DNA from: an uncultured Chloroflexia bacterium
Lineage (GTDB): Bacteria; Chloroflexota; Anaerolineae; CG2-30-64-16
NCBI GenBank assembly: GCA_963810095.1
Contig: CAWEMM010000007.1
Coordinates: 352,001 to 416,000 of the forward strand
Direction: 5' to 3'
Length of the DNA stretch: 64,000 nt
Shown one piece after another: positions 1-11,600 of the stretch. Under the pieces are notes generated by a model. The model was given only the letters and a program-made list of their open reading frames with translations. It did not search any database and had not been told where the DNA came from. Within the stretch, counting starts at the first letter, position 1; each line of letters begins with the position of its first letter. Made by a program: the position numbers and the translations under genes.

Positions 1-407
1 TCTCCTCGCTCTGAATCACGCTTTCGGGGGTGAAGCGGTGCTGGCTGCCGTCGATATGCGAGCGAAAGGTGACGCCGTCCGGATCGACCTTGCGCATCTG
101 TGCGAGGCTGAAGACCTGGAACCCGCCCGAATCGGTGAGCATCGGCCGTTCCCACCCCATCCATGCGTGCAGGCCGCCGAAATCGCGCACCCGTTCGGTG
201 CCCGGCCGCAGGTACAGATGGTAGGTGTTTGACAGGACGAGGGTCGCGCCCAGCTCGCGGAGGTCACGCGGGGTGAGCGTCTTGACGGTGGCCAGCGTTC
301 CAACCGGGGCAAATACCGGGGTGAGCAACGTGCCGTGGGGCGTCGTCGAACGCGCCGGCCCGGGCCCCACTCGCGGGCGCCCGATGTTCAAGAGTGTATT
401 CAAACAT
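1..407 (-). CDS. tgt: tRNA-guanine transglycosylase (queuine tRNA-ribosyltransferase), 5' part; runs off the window start; apparent frameshift near 345
   Basis: Manual minus-strand translation: [82 protein letters not shown], which are canonical Tgt motifs. Confidence 0.95.
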
Positions 408-438
408 AGCCGGCCAAGGTTAACATCAGCGCCAAGCC

Positions 439-466
439 TTGTCAAAAGCGGGCCACGTGCTATAAT
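439..466 (+). promoter_or_regulatory. Putative sigma70 promoter for the 526 gene
   Basis: TTGTCA-N16-TATAAT with TG extension, about 60 nt upstream of the ATG and AGGAGG RBS. Confidence 0.5.
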
Positions 467-525
467 TCACGCGTCCGTCGTTACCACCTCTCCCTGCACC
501 TGCAGGCATCCACAGGAGGCAGCCC

Positions 526-1685
526 ATGCCCTTCGGCGAAATCTTCACCGGCGCGTTCCAGCGCATCTGGAGACACAAGAACCTCTGGCTGCTGGCCATG
601 ATTGGCCTGGCCCTCAGCGGGATTGGCGCGCTGGTGTCGGCGCTGCTGACCGCACGCTGGCTCAACGGTTATATGGGCTTGATGGCCGGCATGTTTCGCA
701 ATCCCGGCGCCATGCCCGGGCGCGCCTTCGGGGACATGATGAACTCGATGGCGCCCCTCTGGACCGTCAGCATCTGCGCCGGCCTGCTAGGTCTCATCGG
801 CTACGTCGTGAACCTGGTGGCCCGCGGCGGGATCATCAGGCGAGGCTGCGCACGCCTGGCGGGGTGAAGCGACCGACACGGGCCGGGGCTTGCGGACCGG
901 CGCGCAGCGGGCCGTCTACGTCTTCCTGCTCGACTTGATGTGGGTGCTGCCCGCGCTCCTGCTTGGGATTGCCGGCTTCGTCGCCTTTTTCGGCGTGACG
1001 GCAGCGACCATTTCGGCCTCGCAGCAGCGGTCGCGGAGACGGCATCATCCCTGTCGTTTGGCTTGCGTTCGCCTGCTGCGGCGGCTGCCTCGCCCTGCTG
1101 TATTACCTCGTCTTCAGCATCTTCTCGCCGCTGATGTACCAGTCGGCCGTGGCCGGACGCCGCGACATCGGCGGCGCGGTGAGCGAGGGCTGGCGCCTGG
1201 CACAGCGCAACCTGGGCGGCATGATCATCTTCTGGCTGCTGCTGCTCCTCGTGGGCTTCGTGCTCGGCGCGCTGGTGCAGGCCGTGAACGCGCTCTTCTC
1301 GCTGCCACTCATGACGAGTTGGATTTCGGGCATGACCGGCATGATGCAAGGCTACGGCGGTGGCTTCGTCCCCATGATGCGCACCAGCGGCCCGCTCCTG
1401 GTCATTGCGGGCCTGGTGTCGGCCGTGCTGGCGTTTCTGATCAACACCTTCACACAAACGCTGAACCTTACTGTGTACAGTGGGGCCTACCAGCATCTGA
1501 CCGGTTTGGGCCTGGCCGCGCCGGCCGAGCCCTCGCCTGCGCCGTACGTACCCGCTGCAGATGTGCTCGCAGCGCCCGCTGCAGACGTGCTCGACCCGCC
1601 CGCTGCAGAGGCGGCGGACGCGCCGGCCGAACTCATCGTGCCGCCCGCGGGCGAGCCGGAAGAGGCCCCTCCGCCGACCCTGTAG
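526..1685 (+). CDS. Multi-pass membrane protein with Pro/Ala/Glu-rich C-terminal tail (split by apparent frameshifts)
   Basis: ORFs 526-867, 890-~1030 and 1134-1685 give consecutive hydrophobic helices (AFQRIWRHKNLWLLA..; AVSEGWRLAQRNLG..); AGGAGG RBS at the start. Confidence 0.75.
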
Positions 1686-1700
1686 GGCGGCAGTGCTGAC

Positions 1701-1735
1701 AAAAAAGGGCGCCAGACCCACCGGTCCGGCGCCCT
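1701..1735 (-). terminator. Intrinsic terminator after the FmdB-family gene
   Basis: Minus strand reads AGGGCGCCGGACC-GGTG-GGTCTGGCGCCC followed by T6; lies between convergent genes. Confidence 0.75.
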
Positions 1736-1759
1736 CCTATTGTGCCGCGCTCCTTGCAG

Positions 1760-2074
1760 TCAGTCTGCCTTCGAGGCTGACGACGATTCCGACGAGCTGC
1801 CGCTCGTGGGCGCAGAGGTGCTCTCGGTCTTTTTGTCGCCGGCCGGCGCAGTTGTGCCCTCTTCCTTCTTCGGGGCAGGGACGCCGGTCGAAGACTTCCC
1901 CTTGTTATCGGTGACGTAGAAACCAGAACCCTTGAAGATGACGCCCACGGGCTGGATGACGCGGTGAACGTGACCGCTACACTCTGGGCATTCCCGCAAT
2001 GATGCATCGCTGTACGACTGCAGGCGCTCGAATCGCACGCCGCAGTCCTCACATTCATAGACATAAGTGGGCAT
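1760..2074 (-). CDS. FmdB-family zinc-ribbon protein
   Basis: MPTYVYECEDCG..LRECPECSG..VGVIFKGSGFYVTD with a Ser-rich tail. Confidence 0.92.
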   Translation of the reverse strand: MPTYVYECEDCGVRFERLQSYSDASLRECPECSGHVHRVIQPVGVIFKGSGFYVTDNKGKSSTGVPAPKKEEGTTAPAGDKKTESTSAPTSGSSSESSSASKAD

Positions 2075-2150
2075 CGTAACCAACCCCCCGGAACAACCTA
2101 TCGCAGAACATTCAAACCTCCGAAGACTTGGCGCCTCGGAGGTCGCCATT

Positions 2151-2179
2151 ATTATACCGCAGCCCGCGCAGCCTGACAA
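2151..2179 (-). promoter_or_regulatory. Putative sigma70 promoter of the FmdB-family gene
   Basis: Minus strand TTGTCA-N17-TATAAT. Confidence 0.55.
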
Positions 2180-2232
2180 ATGTAAAGCGGCGTTGGGGTG
2201 CGGGCGGCCCGAGGCGAGCCGCCTGCGCCGCT

Positions 2233-4111
2233 TCATTCCCGGACCGTGAGGACACCCAGTTCCACGGCGTCGCCGCCTGCCGCAGTTGCCAGCCGGGGCA
2301 GGCCGGGAGCAGCCGGATCATAGACCGCGGCGATGAGCCGGTACGCCCCCGGCGCAAGATCGTCCGGCAGTTGCAGCGCATGGCTGCTCCAGCCGGGTTC
2401 TCTGCGCAACGCGCCGTCCGACTGCACCACGAGCGCGCCTGCCGAGTCGAGCAGTTGGACGGTCACCTTGGCACCCGCCGGTACGCGGTCGAGCGTTCCC
2501 GACCACAGCAGGTGGACGCCCAGCAAGCTGCCGGCCTGCGGGCTTTCAGGCTGCCAGCCGGCGGCGTCCAGCCGCAGGCCCGCGTCGAATTGGGCGGCCA
2601 ATGGTTGCCGGTTGGCCGGAATGGCTTCTACCACCGCCACCCGCCACCCGCCCGCGGATGCGGTTGTAAGCAGCGGATACCGCGAGGCGAGCGCGGTGCT
2701 GGCGATCCCCCCACTGTCCCAACCGCTGTCTCCGCTCAGTGGGACGGCGACGCGCTGTACGCCACGCTCGGCCAGTTCGGCGACCACTCGCATGGCTCCG
2801 GCCTCGTCCTTCGGCCCCGGCGGCACAACCCAGCGCTCGGCCTGCGCGGGATAGTAGTACCACAACGTCGGGTCGGGGCCGTTGCCCACCACCCAGGCCG
2901 CACCGGCTGGAAAGCCCCGGGTAACGCGGGTGAGCTCAGCCGCCAGGCCGCGCCATCCACCGGCCTTGCTGCCCGTGGTGTCAAAGTAGTACGAACGCAG
3001 GGAGGCGAGTCCGACGGCCATGACCAACACAAGGGCGAGCGCGGCCGCCCATCGCCGCACCCTGTCGCGACTGCTATCCGTGCGGCCATTCGCTGCGGCC
3101 CCATCGATGGCGGCGCCCAGGAGGATGTACATGCCCGGCACGGCCGCGATCAGGTAACGTTCGTTGAAGATCGGCCGGCTCTGGCTGCTAACCCACGTCG
3201 CCAGCAGGGGGACCAATGTGGTCAGTGCGATGAGTCCCAGCGCGGGCCGGCGAAAGGGGCGGGCCAGCACCAGCAGCGCAAGCAGTGCGAGGCCCGCCGC
3301 AACGGCCAGATTCTGTGCGAGCACGGGCGCGGTCTCGCCGGCCAGGAACATCCGGCTGGTGCGCAGCAGCGCGGCCAGGGCGGCCGGCGAGTCGCCGTTG
3401 CCCCGGTAGCTGCGGAGCGTGTCGCCTGCCACGGCCAGCCAGGGCAGCGTAGAGCAGCACGAGCCCAGCCTGCATTGCCAGCCAGCCGAGCAGCAGCGAG
3501 CGGCTGCGGGTGCGCAGGATCCGCCACCCAACCCACACGTTCTGCGCAAGGATGACGAAGGCGCTGAAGTAGTGCGTGTGCAGTGCGGCGAGACTCACGA
3601 GCACGTAGGCCGCCCCGGTGTACCACACGCGGGCGGCGCCGCGAAGCGGAGGGTCAGCAGCGTCCCGGCGAGGGTCAGCGCCAGGCTGATCGAGTACATG
3701 CGCGCGTCCTGGCTGTGCCAGACTGCATAGGGGCTCAGGGCCAGCAGGCCGGCCGCGACTGCCGCAGCGGCACGCGTCAGCCCTGCGGCCCGCGGCAAGC
3801 CGGTAGATCAGCGCGACGGCCAGCGTCGCCAAACCACACGCTGACGAAGCGAAGCGCAAATTCGGTGTGGCCCGCTGCCTGCAGCCAGGCATGCTGCAGG
3901 AGGTAACTGCGACGGGATGCGGCTCGCGGAGCGCGAGCGTCTGCCGGACGATCTCCGCGGGCGGCTGCAGGCTGAAGAAATAGCCGAAGGTTTCGTCGCC
4001 GCGCAGCTCGTGCTCGCCCAGCCGGAACACCCGCAGCCCGAACCCGACCAGGACGATGAGCAGGGGCACAAGCTGCGCCGTCCCGCGGCGGAGACGCGGA
4101 GGACCGGTCAT
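2233..4111 (-). CDS. GT-C fold membrane glycosyltransferase (GT39/PMT-like), frameshifted
   Basis: LRVFRLGEHELRGDE, EPHP, YAVWHSQDARMY, ALHTHYF and FNERYLI motifs spread over ORFs 3188-4357, 3595-3798 and 2233-3549. Confidence 0.85.
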
Positions 4112-6466
4112 CGGGTTGCCCGGCGCCCCGCTCGGCCGGCCCAGGCCAGCAGCACGGCGGCGGCGAGCAAGGTGACGCCCGACACAATCAGGCCGAGGGC
4201 GACGACGAGGGGCCGGTAGGTGAGGGTGACGGTATGTGCGCCGGCCGGCACCGCGACCGCCCGCAGGACCGAGTTTGCGGTCAGGAGGGGCGCGGCCGCA
4301 CCGTCGACCGCGGCCTGCCAACCGGGATAGGCGATCTCGCTCAACACGAGGATGCACGGCGCGTCGGTCGAGACGTCCACCCGGAGGGCCTCGGGCGAGG
4401 ACTGAGCCAACTGCGCGGCGCCCGTGCAGCCCTCCTGCGGGCTCGGCGCGGGGCTGGCGTCCAGCACCACCTGCTTGTCCGGATCAAAGCCGGCCTCGAG
4501 CACCCGCTGCATCTGGCGCTCGCCGTCCGGCTCGACCAGCGCATCGCCGGCAAACCAGACCCTCGGGTTCGCGGCGGCCAGCCGGTAGGCGTAGATCTTC
4601 TGATCCTTCTCGACCGGCTTCTCGGCGGGCTGCTCGGCGATGCGCTCGGCCGGCAGTTCCAGCTCCTTGCGCCAGGTGGTAACGTACTTCACCCCGAGCA
4701 GGCGCCAAACGAGCGCCCTGGGCCCGCTCTCGAGCAGCCGGTCGTACCGGGCGAGGCGCAGCGGGCTGGCGCCGTTGGTGTCCTCCAGGCGATAGCCGTA
4801 GCCGTAGTTCCCGGGGAGGACGTCCTCGTCGAACGTGCGGTAGGCGGAATCCTCGGCGGCGATGGCATCGTGATGGGCGTGGGCGGCCAGACCTGCGGGG
4901 TCGACGCATTACCCGCGTGCTGCCCGCCGTCGAGCGCAAACAGGTCGAGCACGATCAGCCCGATGAGCCAGGCCGGCTGGCGGCTGCGGAGCGCCAGCGG
5001 CGCTAGCGCCAGCACCAGTGCGAGGAACAGCCCCGAGGCGGCAAAGCCCCACAGCGCGTCGCGTCCGGCCAGGTAGCCGACGAAGCACACGGCGGCGAAG
5101 AGCGCAGCGACGATGGCCGCCACCCAGTAGCCCCGGTATACGCCCCGGCGTTCGGCGGCCTCCAGCCGCGCCACCTGCGGCGTGTCCTGCCGTCTTTGGA
5201 GCACCGCGGCGCCCAGCCCCGCCAGCAGCGCCAGCCCGAACACGATCCAGACCGCTATCCGCTCTTGCTGCCTGAAGAGCCGCCATCCCGGCGCTACCAG
5301 GTAGGCGGCCTGGTACAACGGGGTGAGTGAGCCGAACGAGAGCAGGACGCCGACGAGCGTCAGGCCGTGAGATACCCGGCCAGCGCCCGCTCTTTCACGG
5401 TTACGAGCGCCGAAGGCCGGAGCGCAACCCTGACGATGGCGTAAATGGCAAGCCCGAGCGGCACCGCGCCGACGTACAGTGCGGCAACGGTGCGCCCACT
5501 TGGGGCAGCACGAGCTGGAGCAAGTCGTAAGGCGTCAGGCCGCCGCCCGTGGCGTCGATGCCGAGCCCGGCCCGAGTCGAGAGGCGCATGTACTCGAGGC
5601 TGGGCAGCAGCTGCGCCGCGGCCAGCCCGGCGGCAACCAGTGTGAAGACCGCAAGGATGCCCGCGAGGGCGCCCAGCCTGCGCTTCGCTTGCTCTCTGTC
5701 CCCGGTGAAGTAGCGAAACAAGGCGAAGGCAATGCTGCCGTAGAAGACGAACATGGCCGACTGCGGGTGCCCGGCCAACAGTGCGATGCCCATGAACAAG
5801 CCCGCGCCCGCGGCCCAGCCCAGCGCCGTCCGCGTGTGCCCGACCGCAAGATCGCTCGACCGCATGGTCCAGCGCCAGCACGACGAACGGCAGCCAGGTC
5901 ACCGTTTCGAGGATGGCGAGCTGGAGGACCGGGTAGCCGGTCAGGTACGCGCCGAAGGTGAAAGCGAGGCTGGCCACCCATGCGCCTAACCGGCTGCCCG
6001 TCAGCCGGTGCGCCAGCAGGTACATGCCTGCGGCGGCGATGGGGAAGTGCAGGACGGCCTCGATCTGGAGCGCCGCGTAGCTGAAGCCGGTGAGCGCGGT
6101 GACGAGCACTGGAGCAGCCCGGGCGGGTAGAACACGGCGGACTGGATGTCGGCGAGGAATGGGTGGCCGGCCAATGCGTACGGGCTCCACAGGGGCAGCT
6201 GGCCCGCGTGCAGCCGGGCGGCCTTGTAGCTGGCGAAGGCATAGAACTGGTTGCCGAAATCCCCGGCAGCAAAGCCGCGGTAGTCGACGCCGGCCAACGG
6301 CAGGTCACGCCAGAAGAACAGCAGGACAGAGGAGCGCGAGGAGCACCAGGTCGAGCAGGCGTGCGACCGCCACGGGGAGATAGGGCGCGCAAGCTTCAAG
6401 GCAGACTCCGTTCGGCCCAGGCGAGAACAGCGACGCGGACCGACCTGCAATCGGACTGATTGGCAT
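4108..6466 (-). CDS. YfhO-family membrane protein (GT-C), frameshifted
   Basis: GDFGNQFYAF..GQLPLWSPYALAGHPFLADIQSAVFYPP; LLAGHPQ; QLLPSLEY; C-terminal LVLSEIAYPGWQAAVDG..LRAVAVPAGAHTVTLTYRP. Confidence 0.85.
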
Positions 6467-6538
6467 GATCCCTGATGCGTGACAGGGATCAAGATCGAGT
6501 GTCAACGCAGTTCCAATCTGCGTCCTATTCAGTTGAGC

Positions 6539-8419
6539 TTAGAACAGGCCGACCACCCGGTTGGTCTCCAGGTCCAGGTCCACGTCATAGAAGACCGGCC
6601 GGGTCGGCAGGCCCGGCATGGTGCGCATCTCGCCGCACAGCGGGTAGAGGAAGCCGGCGCCGACGCTCGCGCGGATGTCGCGGACCGGGAAGATGTAGCC
6701 GGTCGGGCGGCCCTTCAGCGTCGGGTCGTGGCTCAGGCTCAGGTGGGTCTTCGCCATGCAGATCGGCAGCTTGTCAAAGCCCAGCCGGGTGTACAGCGCG
6801 ATCTTCGGCCTCGGCCTCGGGCGTGTAGCTCACGCTTTCCGCGCCGTAGAACTCGCAGGCGATCTTCTCGATCTTCTCCTTGATGCTCCACTCGAGCGGG
6901 TAGAGGAACTCGAAGTTGGCTCGGCTTCTCGCACGCCGCGATCACCGCCTCGGCCAGCGCCGGTCGCGCCGTCGCCGCCCTCGGCCCAGTGGTTCGACTG
7001 CACCGCGTCCTCGGCGCCCGCCTCGATCGCCCGGCTGGCGGATCAGCTCGATCTCGGCCGGGGTGTCGGTGTGGAACTGGTTGATCGCGACCACGACGGG
7101 GACGCCGTAGCGCTTGGCGTTCTCGATGTGCGCGACCAGGTTCGCGCAGCCCTTGTCGAGCAGTTCGGCAGGTTTTCCTGCGAGGTACTCGAACGCCAGC
7201 GGTTTGCCGGCAACGACCTGCGGACCGCCGCCGTGCATCTTCAGCGCCCGCACGGTCGCCACCAGGACGACGACGTTCGGGCACCAGGCCGGAATAGCGG
7301 CACTTGATGTCCATGAACTTCTCCATGCCGATGTCCGCGCCGAAGCCCGACTCGGTGACGACGTAGTCGGCGCAGCTTGCAGGGCGATCTGGTCGGCGAT
7401 GATGGAGGAGTTGCCGTGGGCGATGTTGGCGAACGGGCCGGCATGGACGAACGCGGGCTGGCCTTCGAGCGTCTGCATCAGGTTCGGCGCGATCGCGTCC
7501 TTCATCAGGACGGTCGCGGCGCCGGCCACGCCCAGGTCTTCGACCGTGACGGCCTCGCCTGCGCGGCTCGTGCCCACGACGCAGCGGCCGATGCGCTCGC
7601 GCATATCCTCGAGGCTGGTCGTCAGCGCCAGGATCGCCATGATCTCGGAGGCGACGGTGATGTCATAGCCCGTAATCCGAGTGTGGCCCTTTTCCTCCGG
7701 GCCCATGCCGATCTCGATCTTGCGCAGGAAGCGGTCGGAGATGTCGATGACGCGGTTCCAGGTGATGGATGCCGGGTCAATGTCGAGCATGGCGAACCGG
7801 GCGCGCTCTTCGGGCGTCAGGGTCTCGGGATCGGTCTTGTCGATGCCCAGCTTCTTGATCCGGCGCAGCATCGGCGGCGCAAAGGTGCGCTTGCCGGTCT
7901 TGTCGGGCGGGCAGAGGCGGTCAAACATAACCTGCGGGTCGACGTCGGCTTCGTGGAGCATGCGGGCGTCGACGGCCGCGGCGATCAGGTTGTGCGCCGC
8001 GGTAATGGCATGAATGTCGCCGGTCAGGTGGAGGTTGAAGTCCTCCATCGGGACGACCTGCGAGTAGCCGCCGCCGGCCGCGCCGCCCTTGATGCCGAAC
8101 GTCGGACCCTGCGAGGGCTGGCGGATGCAGGCGACGGACTTCTTGCCGAGCACGCCCAGGCCCTGCGTCAGGCCGATGGTCGTGGTCGTCTTGCCTTCGC
8201 CCAACGGCGTCGGCGTGATGGCGGTGACGTCGATGTACTTGCCCTGCGGATGCTGGCGAACTTCTCGCGCACGTCCAGGTGCACCTTCGCCTTGTACTTG
8301 CCGTACATCTCCAGATCATCGGCGCTCAGGCCCAGGCTCTCGGCGATTTCGAGAATGGGCTTCAGTTCGGCTGCCTGCGCGATCTCAAGATCGCTGGGGA
8401 CGGGGGTCAAGCGCTTCAT
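6539..8419 (-). CDS. fhs: Formate--tetrahydrofolate ligase (long, plant/eukaryote-type), frameshifted
   Basis: [56 protein letters not shown] and C-terminal [26 protein letters not shown]. Confidence 0.95.
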
Positions 8420-8702
8420 GCTGGACAAACCTCCAAGGGATAATTGAGGATCTCAGAAGGACGACTCAGTATAGCAGGATACATGGCGTCGCGCCAGTTA
8501 TGCAATGATCCAAGTCATGTCGGCTTACCATAACGACGCAGCGCCTGGCTTGCGGCCCAGACGCAGGGGCATCCGGTCCGCACCTTAAAAATATGCTATA
8601 TTTGCGGTTTTCCCCCGCTGCAACCATAAATAGCGCGTCTTTTTGTAGCTACTTTACGTCTTCTATTACGTGTTGAGCAACCAAACGGCTAGGAGGGATC
8701 CC

Positions 8703-9168
8703 ATGGCGCTGTATTCCCGTGCGCTGAAGGCCGACGAAAAGGCGAAGCTGGAAGCAGCTTCTGAAGGACTCCGACGAGGAACTCGCGCGACGCGTGCAGA
8801 TCGTCCTGCTGTCGGCGCAGCGCACCGGCGTTCACGAAATCAGCGCGATGGTCGGTTTGCATCCGATCAACGTCCGCAAATGGATCCATCGCTTCAACCG
8901 CTTTGGCCTCAACGGCTTGTTCCCGCGGCGCTCGCCCGGCCGGCCGCGCCTGTTCAGCCGGGAGCAGCGCGATGCGATCGTCGGGCTGGCGACCACCGAG
9001 CCGCGTGTGCTCGGCCTGGACTTCGATGCCTGGTCGCTCCAGCGGCTGCGCTCTCAGTTCATCGAGCGCGGGGTGATGAACGACGTCAGCGCGGAGACGA
9101 TCCGCCAGGAGCTGCTGCGCAGCGGCTTGGTGTTCGAGGAGCGGCGCTGGGTGTCCGCGCCCAGGTAG
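8703..9168 (+). CDS. Stand-alone helix-turn-helix protein resembling the IS630-family transposase N-terminal DNA-binding region (apparent frameshift near 8760)
   Basis: AGGAGG RBS; RRVQIVLLSA..EISAMVG..NVRKWIHRFN..GLF...PGRP..WSLQRL..VSAETIRQ; no DDE domain follows. Confidence 0.75.
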
Positions 9169-9181
9169 GGAGCCGGCGAGA

Positions 9182-11573
9182 TCAGGGTTTAGCCATCCAG
9201 GGGATATAGATCCTTAACATCGGCGGCGCCATGTTGTGCCGGCTTTCATACACGCCCATCTTGCCGGGCGTGGTGTTTCTGGACCCAGGACACCGCGACG
9301 CCGTCGCCGCTCGTTGCCAGGCAGACGTCGGCGACGCTGCCGCTGGCGGGCGCGCTGCGGGTGGCCACGGTGATCGCCGCGGGCCAGCTTTGCGTACGGG
9401 TCGGGCTAACGGTTATGCGCAGGCTAACGCCTTCGTCCCACGCCATGTAGAGCTGCCCGTCGCGCGCGATCTGGAGGCTCAGCCCGCGGGCGAGGGCCAG
9501 CTTTCCCGTCACGTCGACGGGAACGGGCCAGTACCCGCCGCGGCCGTGCGCGTAACGCACCTGGGCCTTGTTGTCGATCCACGCAATGTGCGCCAGGCCG
9601 CCCATCTCGCCGTTGGTGGCCAGCCGCGCGCCGAGGGAGTCCGTGCCCGGCCGGAAAGCCCGGTTGTCCGAGACGTTCACCGGCAGGCTCCACGACTTGG
9701 TCGCCGTGACCCGTTCGCTGGCGAAGATGTCGTAGTTGCCCCACAGGTTGATGCCCAGCGGGATCCGGTCTTGCCATGCCAGGAAGAGCGCACCGTCGGG
9801 CATGAGCCCCAGCGCGGGGCTCTGTCCGCGCGCGTTCGGCACAGGGTAGCTTGTCCAGTTCTTCCCGTCCCACGTGCCCATCTGGATCGCCCATTCCCCC
9901 GACGTGAAGTCCATCCAGGCCGCATACACCTTGCCGTCCGGCCCTGCCGCAATCACCGGGTCGTCTGACTTGCCCGTGGTGGGGGCCACCACGTGGGGTA
10001 GGGTCCAACCGGTCGGCGTCAAGCGCACATGCAGGATATCGTAGTTGCCCATGAACTCATTGGCGTACGCCACGTGGAGCTGCCCTTGCGCGTCGAACGT
10101 CGCGGTCGGCTTGATGCCCGTGCCGATCTTGACGGCCGGGTTCCACGAACGTCCCTGCGGCTGATGAGCATAGTAGATCTTGCCGAGCGACTCGTAGACG
10201 GCGTGACCGTCCCCTTGCGCGTCGAAGAGGATGGTCGGCTTCGTGGCGCTGCTCAGCGAGGCGTCAATACCCGTTGGGCCGTACCAGCCCGTGTCGAGGC
10301 TGGCCGCGTCGATGCCGGCCGCGGCCGCGGCTTCGGGCGTGAACACCTCCTGGCCGATCAGAACGCCGCTGCTCAGGCGCACCCCGCGCACCACCACCTG
10401 TCCCGAGCTGCCGTCTGGGCTGGCGGCGAGCCCTGCCGGCGCGGCGAGCGCGATGCGCTGCGCTTCCAGCCGGAGGGCGTCAGAGGCCAGCCACACCTGC
10501 TGGCCCCCCACCTGCCACAACTCGTCCGGTCCGGCAGCGCTCAGCGCGCCCGCGGCAGCGCCGGGCGCCGGCTGTTCGAGGCTGATCGTGGCAGCTGCGA
10601 CGCCGGCATCGCCCGTCACGCCTTGCACCCTGGCCTCGACATTCGCCTGGATGACGGCCCGGTCCTCGTCGACATACGTGCCGGGTTCGACCCGGATGGT
10701 CTTCCGTTCGGCCCTGCCGTTCGAGAAGACCTGGACCGTCCATGTCTGGTTGTCCTCGCCGATGCCGTTCACGGCCGTCACGAGACCGTCGAGCATCGTA
10801 TCGTGCGACGTGTCGACGACGCGCGCTTCCTGTGCAACCAGCGAGCCGTCGGCCCGTTCCAAGGCGGCGATTTCGACCGTGTCGCCCTGGCCGGCTGCCA
10901 CGCCTTGCCCCGCCGGCACCTCCACCGGCCGCCGGTCGACCACCCACGAGTTGTCCGTCACCATCTCGACCGTGCCTTCGATCGCGGCGGGTACGCTGGT
11001 CGCGTTCGGCGCAATGGCGCGGATTTCGAGGGCTTGGAGCCGGTTGCCATCGACGCGCTGGACCTTTGCCACTACCAGCCCGTCGACGAGGACATTGCCG
11101 ATGATCTTCGTGCTGGCCGTGATGTCGATGAAGGCGTCCCCGATCGTCCAGACTTCCGAGCGCGGCTTCTGCAATATGCCGCTGAACTCGTAGGAGGGGA
11201 TGGGTGCGCCGGCGGGCCGTTGGACCTCGATCGTGTCGGCGTCGAGGCGATCCGGATACTGGTTGCCTGCGACAAGCACCCAGGCGCCGACCGCGGCCTG
11301 CCCTTTCTTCTGGATGAGAGTCGTCTGCGGCCCAAGGACGACGGGGGTCTGGTCGACCTTCCAACTCGTCCCGTTCATCGACTTGATGTAGCCCTCGATG
11401 CGGGTGGGAGTGGGCGCGTTTTGTTCGGCGGCTGCAGAAGGGTTGATGCCCGGGCGCGGGGCGGCGGCGAGGGGCTGCGCGGTCAACGCGACAGCCAACG
11501 CTGCCAGAAGGCTTACGGCCCAATAGCGGCCGCGCTGTGAAGAGCGGCGATCTCGGATCACGAGTGCTCCCAC
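9182..11573 (-). CDS. Secreted protein with tandem DUF5666-like repeats and a C-terminal beta-propeller/BNR-like region (last ~30 codons frameshifted)
   Basis: N-terminal signal peptide; repeated IEG.I..W.V.G..V......I.G....G..V units; repeated PxI..D..G..H.VW blades; the alternative frame ends ..LRIYIPWMAKP* at 9182. Confidence 0.8.
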
Positions 11574-11600
11574 CCACTAAGGACTGGGCGTCGCAGTTAG

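Noticed and set aside
1551-1622. 24-bp tandem repeats (PAADVLAA) and other PT/PA/VEKVV linker repeats
   Set aside because: These are ordinary low-complexity protein linkers.
8430-8700. ZTP or THF riboswitch upstream of fhs
   Set aside because: No complete consensus is recognisable, and a likely extended -10 (TGcTATACT, about 8467-8475 on the minus strand) leaves only a short leader.
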